Assembly (NCBI GenBank): GCA_963842085.1
Contig: CAWJET010000001.1
Span: 2,592,001-2,656,000, forward strand
DNA from: an uncultured delta proteobacterium
Lineage (GTDB): Bacteria; Desulfobacterota; Binatia; Binatales; Binataceae
DNA: 64,000 bases
Direction: 5' to 3'
Shown here: positions 18,872-30,913 of the stretch, piece after piece
How positions within the stretch are numbered: position 1 is the first letter of the stretch
How the letters are laid out: each line of letters opens with the position of its first letter
Notes under the pieces: generated by a model
What the model saw: only the letters and a program-made list of their open reading frames with translations
Database searches by the model: none
What the model was told of the DNA's origin: nothing
Translations under genes and position numbers: made by a program

Positions 18872-20983
18872 TCACTTTGTGTTGACGCCGGTGGATTCGG
18901 CGACCAGTTCCGCGAGGTCGCGCACGCGCATTGTCTCTTCGAGCGAGCGCGACTTCACTGCGTCTTCCATCATCGTCATGCAGAACGGGCATCCGACCGC
19001 GACGCACTTCGGCTTGGCTTCCTGCAATTGATCGAAGCGCTTCTGATTGATTCGCGTGCCCTCGTGTTCCTCTTTCCAGAAACATCCGCCGCCTGCGCCG
19101 CAGCAGAACGTGCGATTCTTCGATTGCTCGACCTCCGCCACTTCGGCGCCGGGAATCGCGCCGAGTGCGCTGCGAGCGCTGTCCCATTTGCGATTGTGCC
19201 GCGCCATGTAGCATGGGTCGTGATAGGTGATGCGCTCGCTGATCTTGCCGCGCGGCTTCAGACGTCCCGCCTGGATTAGCTCGTCAATAAACTCCGCTTC
19301 GTGCAACACAGTATAGTTGCCGCCGAAGTCTGGATACTCATTCTTCAAATTATGAAAGCAATGCGGGCATTGAGTGACTATTCGCCGCGGCTTGTAGCGA
19401 TTGAGCGTCTCGACATTTTGCGCGGCGACGGTTGCATACAGGTATTCGTTGCCGAGCCGGCGGGCCGGGTCGCCGGTGCAGGTCTCCTCACGCCCGAGGA
19501 TCGCGAACTTGACGCCGGCTTGCTTCATCAAGCCCGAGAACGACTTGCTGACGCGCTGATTGCGCTCGTCGTACGAGCCGGCGCATCCCACCCAATACAG
19601 CACGTCGAGCTCTGACGGATCTTCGAGCTCGGCGATCTCAGGAATCGCGAGTCCCTGCGCCCATTCGGCGCGCTTTTCCTGCGCGAGTCCCCACGGATTT
19701 CCCTGGTTCTCGATTCCCTTGAACGCTCCCGTCAGCTCGGTCGGGAATCTAGACTCCATCAGTACGTCGTAGCGCCGCATATCGACGATTCGCTGAATGT
19801 GCTCGATGCCGACCGGGCATCCTTCTTCGCACCATCCGCACGAGGTGCATCCCCACACCGCTTCTTCGGTCGCGACCTGCGTGATCATGTCGGGTCCGTT
19901 CCACGCGGGCGCCGCGGCGCTTTGGTTGTCGCCGGTCTTGGCGTTGGCCTTGGCCGCGAGCAGGAACGGCGCCTTGTCGAGCAGATGCTCGCGCTGTTCG
20001 ATCACGAGATACTTGGGATTGAGCACCTTGCCGGTGCTGACGGTGGGACAGTTGATCGTGCAGCGGCCGCATTCGAGGCACGAGCCCATGTCGAGGAGTT
20101 GCTTCCAGGTGTATTGCTCGACCTGCGAGACGCCGAACGTCTCGGCGTTTTCGAAGTCCTTGATCGGTGCGAGCCGCCCGCGCGGACCCATGTTGCGGAA
20201 GAAGAGATTCAGCGGGCCGAAGATCAGATGACGCAGCTTGGTGAACGGAAAACAAAACAGAAGCGCGTACACGATCAGCACGTGCACCAGCCACAGCCAT
20301 CGGTGGTACGTCACGCCGGCGCCGAGCGCGCCTTCGATATGACCCACGACCCGTCCAACATATGCCCACTCGGTGAACGCGGGATGCGCGGCGTTGATGC
20401 GCGCGCCCTCGAGCATCAGGCCCGTGAGCGCGGTCAGCACCATCATCGACATCGGGAACCAGTAGCCAAGCCGGTTTTCGAGGTTGTCGCGCATCTTGTC
20501 GGCGGGCGGCTCATTGAGCACGGTGGGTTTGCGAAGAGAGCGCCGCGCACCCTCCATCAGCACGCCCAGGATCAGCAAAAGGAAGAAGGTGTCCATCGCG
20601 GCTTTGAAAATGAGATAGAAGTCGCCGTAGTAGAAGTAGAAGTCGAGGCCGAACAGATCGAACAGGTCGCGCACGTCGCTGTTGATCGCGACGATCGTCG
20701 TGCCGATGAGTAGACCAACGAACGCGACGTAGAACGCGTAATGCATCCAGCCCCAAGTCTCGCGAATCACGTTGCCCTGGCCGAACGAATCGCGCAGCGC
20801 CAGCAGCAGGCGCTCGACCGGATGGTCAAGGCGATCGTCGGACACTCCGAGGCTCACCAGCCGGTACCACCTGATGCCGGCGTAGATGAACGCGGCGATC
20901 AGCAGCCCGAGCAGCCCATACATCAGCACGATGAACGGCACGGGGACGTTCCACAGGATCTGGCGGGTAACTTGCTCGTTCAT
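18872..20983 (-). CDS. FadF/HdrD-like membrane Fe-S oxidoreductase (NarI-like TM region, 2x[4Fe-4S], 2 CCG domains)
   Basis: CLECGRCTINCP, CTSCGWCEEGCP, YWVGC, CTGDPARR, CPHC, YHDPC, CCGAGGG, CPFC. Confidence 0.92.
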   Translation of the reverse strand: MNEQVTRQILWNVPVPFIVLMYGLLGLLIAAFIYAGIRWYRLVSLGVSDDRLDHPVERLLLALRDSFGQGNVIRETWGWMHYAFYVAFVGLLIGTTIVAINSDVRDLFDLFGLDFYFYYGDFYLIFKAAMDTFFLLLILGVLMEGARRSLRKPTVLNEPPADKMRDNLENRLGYWFPMSMMVLTALTGLMLEGARINAAHPAFTEWAYVGRVVGHIEGALGAGVTYHRWLWLVHVLIVYALLFCFPFTKLRHLIFGPLNLFFRNMGPRGRLAPIKDFENAETFGVSQVEQYTWKQLLDMGSCLECGRCTINCPTVSTGKVLNPKYLVIEQREHLLDKAPFLLAAKANAKTGDNQSAAAPAWNGPDMITQVATEEAVWGCTSCGWCEEGCPVGIEHIQRIVDMRRYDVLMESRFPTELTGAFKGIENQGNPWGLAQEKRAEWAQGLAIPEIAELEDPSELDVLYWVGCAGSYDERNQRVSKSFSGLMKQAGVKFAILGREETCTGDPARRLGNEYLYATVAAQNVETLNRYKPRRIVTQCPHCFHNLKNEYPDFGGNYTVLHEAEFIDELIQAGRLKPRGKISERITYHDPCYMARHNRKWDSARSALGAIPGAEVAEVEQSKNRTFCCGAGGGCFWKEEHEGTRINQKRFDQLQEAKPKCVAVGCPFCMTMMEDAVKSRSLEETMRVRDLAELVAESTGVNTK

Positions 20984-21076
20984 TTGCGCTCCGGTGGCGA
21001 GGGTGCCTGTATGAGAGTCTTAAATCAGACGATGGAGGATGAATTCAATCCATCGAGACCGCGAGGCGGCAGCGGT

Positions 21077-22393
21077 CTAAAACCCCAAGACGCGACGACT
21101 CGCCGGGAACTTGGTCGCGAGCTGCTGGGGATAGTTGTCCTTCATTTGCTGCGCCACCTGCTTGAACGCCTCGACGTTCTGGTTGCTCGGCGGCAGCGGG
21201 GCGGGCAAGGTCGTCGACGGCTCGACGATCGCGGTTGGAGCCGGCGGCGCGGGGCGATCGGGCTGCGGCGCTGCTGAATCGAGGATATCGGCGACGCTGC
21301 CAACGAGCGCGTGTCTGTCGACCTCGGGCGAATAGCCGCCGCCCATACCGAACTTTTGCCCGAGAAACTTGAGAATCGAAGTGTGATCGAAGTTTGCGTT
21401 GCAGACCGAACCGGCGGAAACAAATGGCGACACAATCACCGCCGGCACGCGAACTCCAGTCGTCGGGAATGGCGCGTACTGTCCCGCCGGCGGCGTGGTT
21501 TCAACCGGCAATGGCTGCACGTGGTCGAAGAATCCGCCGTGCTCGTCATACGTGACGATCAGAATCGAGTTGTTCCAATGACGGCTGCGCAACAGCGCGC
21601 TGTACACATCGAGCATCAGGCGCTGACCGCCCGTGACCGATGACGGCGAATGATCGTCCGTTCCTTCGGCCTCAGCGTGAGGCGCGTCCGTGTATATGGG
21701 TTCGACGAAAATCACTTGCGGGAAGGTATCGTCGCTTTCCAGCTCCATGTCGGTCGCGAACCGGTCGAACTCGCGGAATTTGTCGCTGGTCGCGATTTCG
21801 GGCAGCCATCGCGGCATGATGCTGAAGAACGGGAAGAAACCCTGGTGATATACACGCCAGCTCACACTATGCGCGTTCAACCAGTCGTAGACGAGCACAT
21901 GATTCGGAAGGACCGGGACGTTGCCGTCAATCAGCGAATATCCCGCCATCGCCATCAGCCGGTTTGGCTGCGTGCTCGCGGGCAGCGGCGAGAACCAATG
22001 GTCGCAAATGCGGAAGTTGCGCGCGAAAAAATCCAGGATCGGAATTTTATCCGGCGTCTGATAGCGCATTACCTCTGAGTCGCCGCTGGCGCTCGCAATA
22101 AACCCGTCGAGCGGAAATCCGTTTGCGCCGACCTGGCCTAGTTGCGTCGCTATGTCGGGGCGCTCGTGCGGCGGATCGGGGATGCGCGGTTCCAGCAGCG
22201 GCCCGGGCTGATACAGAAACCCCTGCCACTTGTTTGCTACCGCATTCAGCCAGGCCTGATCGTCGCGCACGCCGTCGACGTTGATATTGCCGCCGCACGC
22301 GGGCAATCGCAGGTATCCCAGCATGTGATCGAAGGAGCGGTTCTCCATCAGCAAAATGATGACCGTCTGAATCTGCGCGAGGTCCGTTGGCAT
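21077..22393 (-). CDS. Phosphoesterase / phospholipase C (AcpA-PlcH family), no evident signal peptide
   Basis: LMENRSFDHMLG, STQPNR, DDHSP, TYDEHGGFFDHV, GVRVP, DHTSIL. Confidence 0.9.
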   Translation of the reverse strand: MPTDLAQIQTVIILLMENRSFDHMLGYLRLPACGGNINVDGVRDDQAWLNAVANKWQGFLYQPGPLLEPRIPDPPHERPDIATQLGQVGANGFPLDGFIASASGDSEVMRYQTPDKIPILDFFARNFRICDHWFSPLPASTQPNRLMAMAGYSLIDGNVPVLPNHVLVYDWLNAHSVSWRVYHQGFFPFFSIMPRWLPEIATSDKFREFDRFATDMELESDDTFPQVIFVEPIYTDAPHAEAEGTDDHSPSSVTGGQRLMLDVYSALLRSRHWNNSILIVTYDEHGGFFDHVQPLPVETTPPAGQYAPFPTTGVRVPAVIVSPFVSAGSVCNANFDHTSILKFLGQKFGMGGGYSPEVDRHALVGSVADILDSAAPQPDRPAPPAPTAIVEPSTTLPAPLPPSNQNVEAFKQVAQQMKDNYPQQLATKFPASRRVLGF

Positions 22394-22509
22394 AATATTT
22401 CCCCACTGCGGGAAGGTTTACGAACAGAGAGAGGTTAAGAAAAGGGCGAGCGTTGAGATAGATCCCAGCAACCGGCCCCGCTCACTCCTCGCATGGAGCG
22501 GGCGAGGAA

Positions 22510-22587
22510 GAACTGGTACCGGCTTCGCTGGCGCGAAGCTGTCCGAGATCCTTCCTCAGCTCGCGATGCTCGCATCGTCAGGATGAC
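22510..22587 (+). repeat. REP-like hairpin repeat, copy A
   Basis: ACCGGCTTCGCTGGCGCGAAGCTGTCCGAGATCCTT...CAGGATGAC, shared with the copies at 24011, 48532 and 63081. Confidence 0.9.
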
Positions 22588-22594
22588 GGATCGG

Positions 22595-23977
22595 TTAGTC
22601 GTGAATCGCGAGGCGATCCTGCTCGACGTCTTCGAACCACGACGCCAGTGCGTTGGTCATCCTGGATACGCGGTCGGGTTCGCGCGCGGCGAGATCCATC
22701 CGCTCGAAGGGATCGTTGATGATGTCGAAGAGTTGCGCGGGCGGCGGCGCGGGTTTGATGCGCCCGGGCTCGGGGGCATGCGAGATGTCGTGGAAATTTT
22801 CCGGGTTGTATTTGGCCTGGATGTCCATCGCGAGGTCGTCGTTCGACACCTGCATCAACTCGCGAATCGCCGGCCGCACGAGCTTCCATCGGCCGTCGCG
22901 CATCGCGGCGTTGCATTCACCGTCGGGCGTGTAGCGATTCCACTGCCAGAAGCGCTCAGTCGGCGCTTTGCCACGCTCGCCTCGCAGCGTTGGCATCACG
23001 TTGATTCCGTCGAGCTTGAGCTCGCGCGGCGGCTCGGCGCCGGCAATCGCGAGAAGCGTCGGCAGCCAATCGGTGAAATGAATCATGTCGTGGACCTGGC
23101 GGCGGCCGTCGAGCGCGGCCGGCCAGCGGATCACCATCGGGAGGCGGATTCCGCCCTCGTACACGAGCGTCTTGGCGCCGGCGAAGCCGCAATTGAAGCG
23201 GTCGGTGCACATCTCGCCCATCCCGCCGAACTGCGGCCCATTGTCGCTCGAGAACATCACGATCGTGTTGTCGGCCAGGCCGGAACGGTCGAGCGCGTCG
23301 AGCACGCGCGCAATCCCGCGATCCATGCATTCGATCATCGCGTAGATTTGGTTGACCGCGGGCGTGAAGTTGCCGCTCGCTTTGTACGGCGCGGCGTCGG
23401 CCTCGGGCGCCTCGAAGGGAAAATGCGGCGCGTTGTACGCGAGGTAGAGAAAAAACGGTGCGCCGCGATGGCGCCGGACGAACTCCGTCGCTTCCTCGGT
23501 GAACACATCGGTCAGATAGCGGCCGTCGCCGCGCGACACTGAACCGTTGCGATCTAGATTCCACTGATAGTACGGCTGCCAGCCGCCGGAAAATCCGGCG
23601 AACTCGTCGAAGCCGCGCCGGTTGGGATGGTAGCGCGGATCGTACGCGCCGTTGTGCCATTTGCCGACGAGGCCAGTTGTGTAGCCCGCCCGTTTCAGGA
23701 GTTCGGCGACGGTCAATTCGCGCAGCGCAAGACGATCGAGGCCGCGCGTTTCGAGCGTGTCGATGACGCCGGTGCGATGCGGGTAGCGGCCGGTCATCAG
23801 CGAGGCTCGTGCCGGCGCGCAAACGGGAGAGGCAGAGTAGTGCTGGGTCAGGCAGACGCCTTCGCTCACGAGATGGTCGAGCGTCGGCGTGCGCGAGGCG
23901 CCGTAGTTGAAGCATCCGAAGTCGCCGTAACCCATGTCGTCGGCGAGAATCAGGATGATATTCGGCTGGGCGGTCAT
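22595..23977 (-). CDS. Arylsulfatase (Cys-type formylglycine sulfatase)
   Basis: PNIILILADDMG, CAPARASLMTG (CxPxR), GKWH, APH, SDNG, EGGIRLP. Confidence 0.93.
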   Translation of the reverse strand: MTAQPNIILILADDMGYGDFGCFNYGASRTPTLDHLVSEGVCLTQHYSASPVCAPARASLMTGRYPHRTGVIDTLETRGLDRLALRELTVAELLKRAGYTTGLVGKWHNGAYDPRYHPNRRGFDEFAGFSGGWQPYYQWNLDRNGSVSRGDGRYLTDVFTEEATEFVRRHRGAPFFLYLAYNAPHFPFEAPEADAAPYKASGNFTPAVNQIYAMIECMDRGIARVLDALDRSGLADNTIVMFSSDNGPQFGGMGEMCTDRFNCGFAGAKTLVYEGGIRLPMVIRWPAALDGRRQVHDMIHFTDWLPTLLAIAGAEPPRELKLDGINVMPTLRGERGKAPTERFWQWNRYTPDGECNAAMRDGRWKLVRPAIRELMQVSNDDLAMDIQAKYNPENFHDISHAPEPGRIKPAPPPAQLFDIINDPFERMDLAAREPDRVSRMTNALASWFEDVEQDRLAIHD

Positions 23978-24010
23978 TCGATGAGCCTCAACCGAATTCG
24001 TATCACAGAA

Positions 24011-24166
24011 GAACCGGTACCGGCTTCGCTGGCGCGAAGCTGTCCGAGATCCTTCCGCTCCGCTCGCGTTGCTCGCTTCGGTCAGGATGACAGACTTGCC
24101 GCTCGCGTTGCTCGCTTCGGTCAGGATGACACGAGTCTCGGGCCGCTCGTCCGGGGCAGGATGACA
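24011..24166 (+). repeat. REP-like repeat copy B with a tandemly duplicated 3' half
   Basis: One full unit, then CCGCTCGCGTTGCTCGCTTCGGTCAGGATGACA repeated (24060-24092 and 24099-24131), and a degenerate third half-unit. Confidence 0.9.
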
Positions 24167-24178
24167 AGCCGGAGCGCG

Positions 24179-25942
<1,764 letters not shown>

Positions 25943-26355
25943 TCGTTTTTGCTTCCGTTCTGCGCGGGCGTTGGCCGCCGATGCGATGTGCGAAAATTGG
26001 CGCGCAATGCCGTCGTCATTGCGACCGCAAGCCGGGAATCAAGTAGCCTCATTTATACAGACGAAAATACAAAGGCAAGTGAGCGACACCAAAGATCCAA
26101 TCTAAAGATCGATTCCATGGGAGTCAACCAAACCTCACCGGCCCGCGCGATCAACCGGCGAATCACGCTCTCCCGAGACGCGATTTCGCGCTCGTCGGTA
26201 ACAGTTACAACTATTATACGCATCATTTACCGGTTTGGCTGCATCGCGGCCGATTTTTTCCTCCGAGCCAACCCGGACTGCTCGAAAAATTCAAGCTGGA
26301 AATCGCGGGCGTGCCTCTCTATTCTCGACGCTCCTCCGCTCCTTTGAGCTAAATC

Positions 26356-27375
26356 ATGGCAATCCACGTGATAATCCTGGCGCTCAGCTTCGCGATAATC
26401 CTCGTCGGCTCGGAACTCTTCACCAACGGGGTCGAATGGGCGGGCCATCGACTGCATATTGCCGAGGCCGCGGTCGGAAGCCTGCTCGCCGCGGTCGGAA
26501 CCGCACTGCCGGAGACGTTCATCCCGGCGGTGGCGCTGCTCAGCGGCCGCGATGCCGCGGCCGCCCACACAGCGGTCGGACTTGGCGCGATTGTCGGCGC
26601 ACCGCTGATGCTCTCTACGGTGGCGCTGTTCGTGATGGGCATCGCGGCGCTCGCATTTCGCCGGCGTCGCGGGCGGATTGTGATGAGCGTCGTGCGCGAG
26701 GACGCGCGCCGCGACCTCGCATTCTTCTTCCCGGTTTTCCTGTGCATCGTGATCGCGGGCACACTCGAGATGAGCCCCATCCTTCGCCACGTCTTCGCGG
26801 TCGCATTGTTGATAGTGTACGCGAGCTATGCCGTCGTGATGCTGCGGCTAAGGCGTGCGGTCGGCGCGGAGGTAGAGCACGGACTCTACTTTGAGTCGAT
26901 TTTGCGCAGGGATCCGCTCCATCCGCACGCATCGGTCATCGCCATTCAAGTAATCGTCGGCGTACTCGCGATCCTGGTCGGCGCCGTCCAGTTCGTCGAT
27001 CAGATCATCCTGGTCTCCGCGCATGCGCATCTGAATCCCGGCGTGCTCTCGCTGATCTTGAGCCCGCTCGCAACCGAGCTGCCCGAGAAGTACAACTCCG
27101 TCGTCTGGATTCGGCAGAGCAAGGACCATCTGGCCCTTGCCAATATCACGGGCGCGATGGTCTTCCAGTCGTGCATCCCGGTGGCACTTGGCCTCGCGTA
27201 TTCGCCGTGGCATCTGACCAATCCCGAGCTGCTGGCGGGATCCATCGCGCTCGCCTCGGTGGTGATTCTCTACATCAACCTGCGCGACTCGGAACTCGGC
27301 ACTTCGACCCTGATGATCGGCGGAGCCGCGTACGCGATCTTTCTGATTGGCCTCAGCTACCTCGGCGTGTTCTGA
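26356..27375 (+). CDS. Sodium/calcium (CaCA family) antiporter
   Basis: Two alpha-repeats, GTALPE and ATELPE, and about 10 TM segments. Confidence 0.88.
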   Translation: MAIHVIILALSFAIILVGSELFTNGVEWAGHRLHIAEAAVGSLLAAVGTALPETFIPAVALLSGRDAAAAHTAVGLGAIVGAPLMLSTVALFVMGIAALAFRRRRGRIVMSVVREDARRDLAFFFPVFLCIVIAGTLEMSPILRHVFAVALLIVYASYAVVMLRLRRAVGAEVEHGLYFESILRRDPLHPHASVIAIQVIVGVLAILVGAVQFVDQIILVSAHAHLNPGVLSLILSPLATELPEKYNSVVWIRQSKDHLALANITGAMVFQSCIPVALGLAYSPWHLTNPELLAGSIALASVVILYINLRDSELGTSTLMIGGAAYAIFLIGLSYLGVF

Positions 27376-27438
27376 ATTTATTCGCGCGGGCGCGTTGTCT
27401 GAGGCGGGCGCGCGGGTGCACAATCGGGGCTGATCGCG

Positions 27439-29775
27439 ATGACCACCTACCAGGAAATTTCTGCGCAGTTTTACAGCAACCGCCTGTTGTTCGGCGATCC
27501 CGCCGACCCGGGCGTGGTCGCGGTCGAGATCGCATCGAAGACCGAAATCGACGTGTACCGGCGCGTGTCGGGCAAGCTTAGGCGCGAGCGCCGTCCGATT
27601 CGGCTGTTTGCGCTGGTCGAGAATATGTCGTTGCTCGAAGGCTTCAGGGTGCCGCATGAGACGCGCGTGCTCGACGGCGATTTCCGTTACCGGGTGCTCG
27701 TCACCTTCAGCTCGATCGACGCTCTGGAAGCCGCCCGGCGCCATCTCAGGAATGTGACCGGCAAGGCGCCTAACGCCCCCGACGCGCCATATCTGGTGCT
27801 GGCCGATCCGGTCGAGCAGCATCTGATTCTGTCCGGGACGACGTTTTTCATCGGGATGGACTTCGCGGAACTGCGCCGCCTCCAGCTCGACATCGAGACC
27901 TATATCTCGCCCGGGTTTGAGTTTCCGTCGGCGGCGCGCGAGGGCGATCGCGTTATCGCGATTTCGCTCACCGACTCGACCGGTTTCGAGCGCCTGCTGA
28001 AGGGCACCGAGATGGACGAGCGCGCGATGCTTGAGGAGATGGTGGCCATTATCCAGGAACGCGATCCCGACGTCGTCGAGGGTCACAACCTGTTTCGCTT
28101 CGATCTCGAATACCTGGAGGCTCGCGCGCGCCGCCACCGGGTGAAGCTCAAGATGGGTCGCGACGGCAGCGAGCTGCGTGCGCGTCCGTCGCGCATGCAG
28201 ATTGCGGAGCGCTCGATCGCCTACCGCCGCTACGACATCCCCGGCCGCAACATCATCGACACGTGGATCCTAGCACAGCGTTACGACATTTCGAGCCGCG
28301 AACTAGAGAGCCTGGGACTGAAGCAGCTCGCGCAACATTTCGGGCTGGCACGCAAGGAGCGTGTTTATATCGACGCGTCGAAAATCAGCCACTACTTCGA
28401 GCACGAACCCGAAAAGCTCTACGAATACGCGCTCGACGACGCTCGCGAGACGTGCGCGCTCGCCGAGACCCTCTCTCCCAGCTACTTCGTGCAGGCGCAG
28501 ATATTTCCGTACTCGTACCAGAGCGCGGTGCTGCGCGGTAACGCGACCAAGATTGACGCGCTCATGATGCGCGCGTACCTGGCCGCCGGGCATTCAATTC
28601 CCGAGCCCTCGCAACCCGCGCCGGTCGCGGGCGGCTACACAGAGGTTCGCCGATGCGGCGTCGCGCACGGTGTCCTGCACTGCGACGTGACGTCGCTGTA
28701 TCCGTCGTTGATGCTGCAATATCGGCATGCGCCCGCCGCGGATCGGCTGGGCGTCTTCCTCAAGCTGCTCGGCGATCTACGCAGCTTCCGCGTGCAGGCC
28801 AAGGCGCTCGCGCGCGAACTGCAGGGGACCGAGAGCCGCAATGCCAACGCCCTGCAGCAGACGTTCAAGATTTTAATCAATTCATTTTATGGCTATCTGG
28901 GATTTTCGCTCGGGCACTTCAATGATTTCGGCGAGGCGAACGCGTTGACGAAGCGTGGACGCGAGCTGATTCAGCGCGCGGTCGCGGAACTCGAGCAGCG
29001 CGGCGCGCAGGTAATCGAGGTCGATACCGACGGAATCTATTTCGTGCCGCCTCCCGACGCCGCCAGCGAGGAAGGCGCTGAGAGGCTTCTGGAGCAGGTC
29101 GGTTCGATCATGCCCGAAGGAATCCGGCTGGAGATCGACGGCCGTTACGCCGCGATGTTCTCCTACAAAATGAAAAATTACGTCCTGCTGGATGACGCGG
29201 GAAAGATGACGATTCGCGGTTCGGGGCTGCGCTCGCGAGGACTCGAACGCTTCCAGCGCCGCTTCATGGAGGAGATGTTCCGCCTGCTGCTCGAAGATCG
29301 CCGCGGCGAAATTGAGAAACTCCACGGCGACTATCGCGCGCGACTCGCTCGCCACGAAATCGGAATCGCCGACCTGATGAAAACCGAGACGCTGCAGGAT
29401 TCGCTCGACACTTATCGCAGCAAAATAGGCGACAACAGTCGCAACCTCGCGGCCGCCTACGAGCTCGCGCTCAAAGCCGAGCGGCCGTATCTCGCGGGCG
29501 ATCAGATTTCATATTACGTCACGGGGCGGCGCGCGAGTGCGAGCGTGAACGCGTTCGCGAAAATGGCGGCTGAGTACGATCCAAACGACCCCGACGAAAA
29601 CGTCGAGTATTACCAAACCAAGCTCGCCGACCTATACGAAAAATTCCGGATATTCGTCGACCGCCCCGGCCTGTTCGCGCCGGTAGCAGAAGACGACGAC
29701 AATCCGGCTCAGCTCTCGCTGTTCGGCGCCCCGCCACTCAAATCCGAAGAACCAAACGCAGAGCCCGAGGCATGA
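27439..29775 (+). CDS. polB: Family B DNA polymerase with 3'-5' exonuclease
   Basis: ExoI DIET, ExoII GHNLFRFD, ExoIII YALDD; polymerase motif A DVTSLYPS, motif B KILINSFYG, motif C DTDG. Confidence 0.92.
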   Translation: MTTYQEISAQFYSNRLLFGDPADPGVVAVEIASKTEIDVYRRVSGKLRRERRPIRLFALVENMSLLEGFRVPHETRVLDGDFRYRVLVTFSSIDALEAARRHLRNVTGKAPNAPDAPYLVLADPVEQHLILSGTTFFIGMDFAELRRLQLDIETYISPGFEFPSAAREGDRVIAISLTDSTGFERLLKGTEMDERAMLEEMVAIIQERDPDVVEGHNLFRFDLEYLEARARRHRVKLKMGRDGSELRARPSRMQIAERSIAYRRYDIPGRNIIDTWILAQRYDISSRELESLGLKQLAQHFGLARKERVYIDASKISHYFEHEPEKLYEYALDDARETCALAETLSPSYFVQAQIFPYSYQSAVLRGNATKIDALMMRAYLAAGHSIPEPSQPAPVAGGYTEVRRCGVAHGVLHCDVTSLYPSLMLQYRHAPAADRLGVFLKLLGDLRSFRVQAKALARELQGTESRNANALQQTFKILINSFYGYLGFSLGHFNDFGEANALTKRGRELIQRAVAELEQRGAQVIEVDTDGIYFVPPPDAASEEGAERLLEQVGSIMPEGIRLEIDGRYAAMFSYKMKNYVLLDDAGKMTIRGSGLRSRGLERFQRRFMEEMFRLLLEDRRGEIEKLHGDYRARLARHEIGIADLMKTETLQDSLDTYRSKIGDNSRNLAAAYELALKAERPYLAGDQISYYVTGRRASASVNAFAKMAAEYDPNDPDENVEYYQTKLADLYEKFRIFVDRPGLFAPVAEDDDNPAQLSLFGAPPLKSEEPNAEPEA

Positions 29776-29829
29776 AAGCTAGCCGCGGCTGCCGGATTGA
29801 TCGATACTTCCCGTCTGCGGAGGAAAACG

Positions 29830-30903
29830 ATGGCCGACGAAAAGCAGCAGCTCGACTGGGACAAGATCAAGAAATTCTCGATGCAGGTATCGAATGACAT
29901 CGGCGCCGCGATGCTCGGTGCGCTGAGCTATATCGGCGACCGCCTCGGGATTTTCGGCGCACTGGCGCAAGCGGGCGCCGTCACCAGTGCGGGACTCGCG
30001 GAGCGGACGGGACTCAGCGAGCGCTATCTGCGCGAATGGCTGAGCGCGATGACCGCCGCCGGATACGTGAACTACGACGCCGCGGCGAAGACCTACACGA
30101 TGCCGGCTGAGCATGCGATGGTGCTGGCGCGCGACGACTCTCCGTTCTTCGCCGGCGGCTTCATCGAAATGATCGTTCCCAACATGTCGATTGCGCCGAA
30201 GGTGATGGAGTCGTTCAAGGACGGGCGCGGCGTATCGCAGAGCGAATATCCCCCCGAGACGTGGGAGGCGATGGAGCGTTCGTCGGCCTCGATGTTCCGG
30301 GATCGGTTGGTCCGCAAATGGTTGCCGGCCATGCCGCAGGTGGTCGCGAAGCTGACCGAAGGCGGCTCGTCGCTGGACGTTGGCTGTGGCAGCGGACGCG
30401 CGGCGATCGCGATAGCATCGGCGTTTCCCAGGGCCAAGGTTTTCGGCTTCGACGCGCACCTCGGCTCGGTGGAGCGCGCGCGGGCAAACGCGAACGCCGC
30501 CGGTCTGGGTGACCGAATCAAGTTTGACCTGGTTGATTGCACCAGGCTGCCGGCCGCGCAGTTCGATTTCATCTCGACCTTCGACGTCGTGCACGATTCG
30601 GTCCATCCTGACGCCCTGCTGAAGTCGATTCGCGGTGCGCTCAAGCCCGACGGCACCTACCTGATGGTCGAGGTGAACGTGTCGTCGAATCTCGAAGACA
30701 ACATCAATCCGATGGGTCGGATGATGTATTCGATCAGCACGCTGTACTGCATGACAGTGTCGCTCGCGCACGGCGGCGCGGGAATCGGCGCGTGCATGGG
30801 CGAGGCCAAGGCGCGCGAGCTGGTCGCGGCGGCGGGCTTCAAGCACTTTCGCCGCATCCCGATCGACGATTTGTTTTCGGCGCTCTACGAAATCCGGGTG
30901 TAG
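29830..30903 (+). CDS. Class I SAM-dependent methyltransferase with N-terminal winged helix (Rv2258c-like)
   Basis: GDRLGIF...ERYLREWL, LDVGCGSG, FDVVHD, YCMTVSLAHGGAGIG. Confidence 0.9.
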   Translation: MADEKQQLDWDKIKKFSMQVSNDIGAAMLGALSYIGDRLGIFGALAQAGAVTSAGLAERTGLSERYLREWLSAMTAAGYVNYDAAAKTYTMPAEHAMVLARDDSPFFAGGFIEMIVPNMSIAPKVMESFKDGRGVSQSEYPPETWEAMERSSASMFRDRLVRKWLPAMPQVVAKLTEGGSSLDVGCGSGRAAIAIASAFPRAKVFGFDAHLGSVERARANANAAGLGDRIKFDLVDCTRLPAAQFDFISTFDVVHDSVHPDALLKSIRGALKPDGTYLMVEVNVSSNLEDNINPMGRMMYSISTLYCMTVSLAHGGAGIGACMGEAKARELVAAAGFKHFRRIPIDDLFSALYEIRV

Positions 30904-30913
30904 TTGCAGCCAA

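Noticed and set aside
21030-21055. Inverted repeat CGATGGA...TCCATCG between the phosphoesterase and FadF-like genes
   Set aside because: Short stem without a U-tract. Terminator, operator and chance cannot be told apart.
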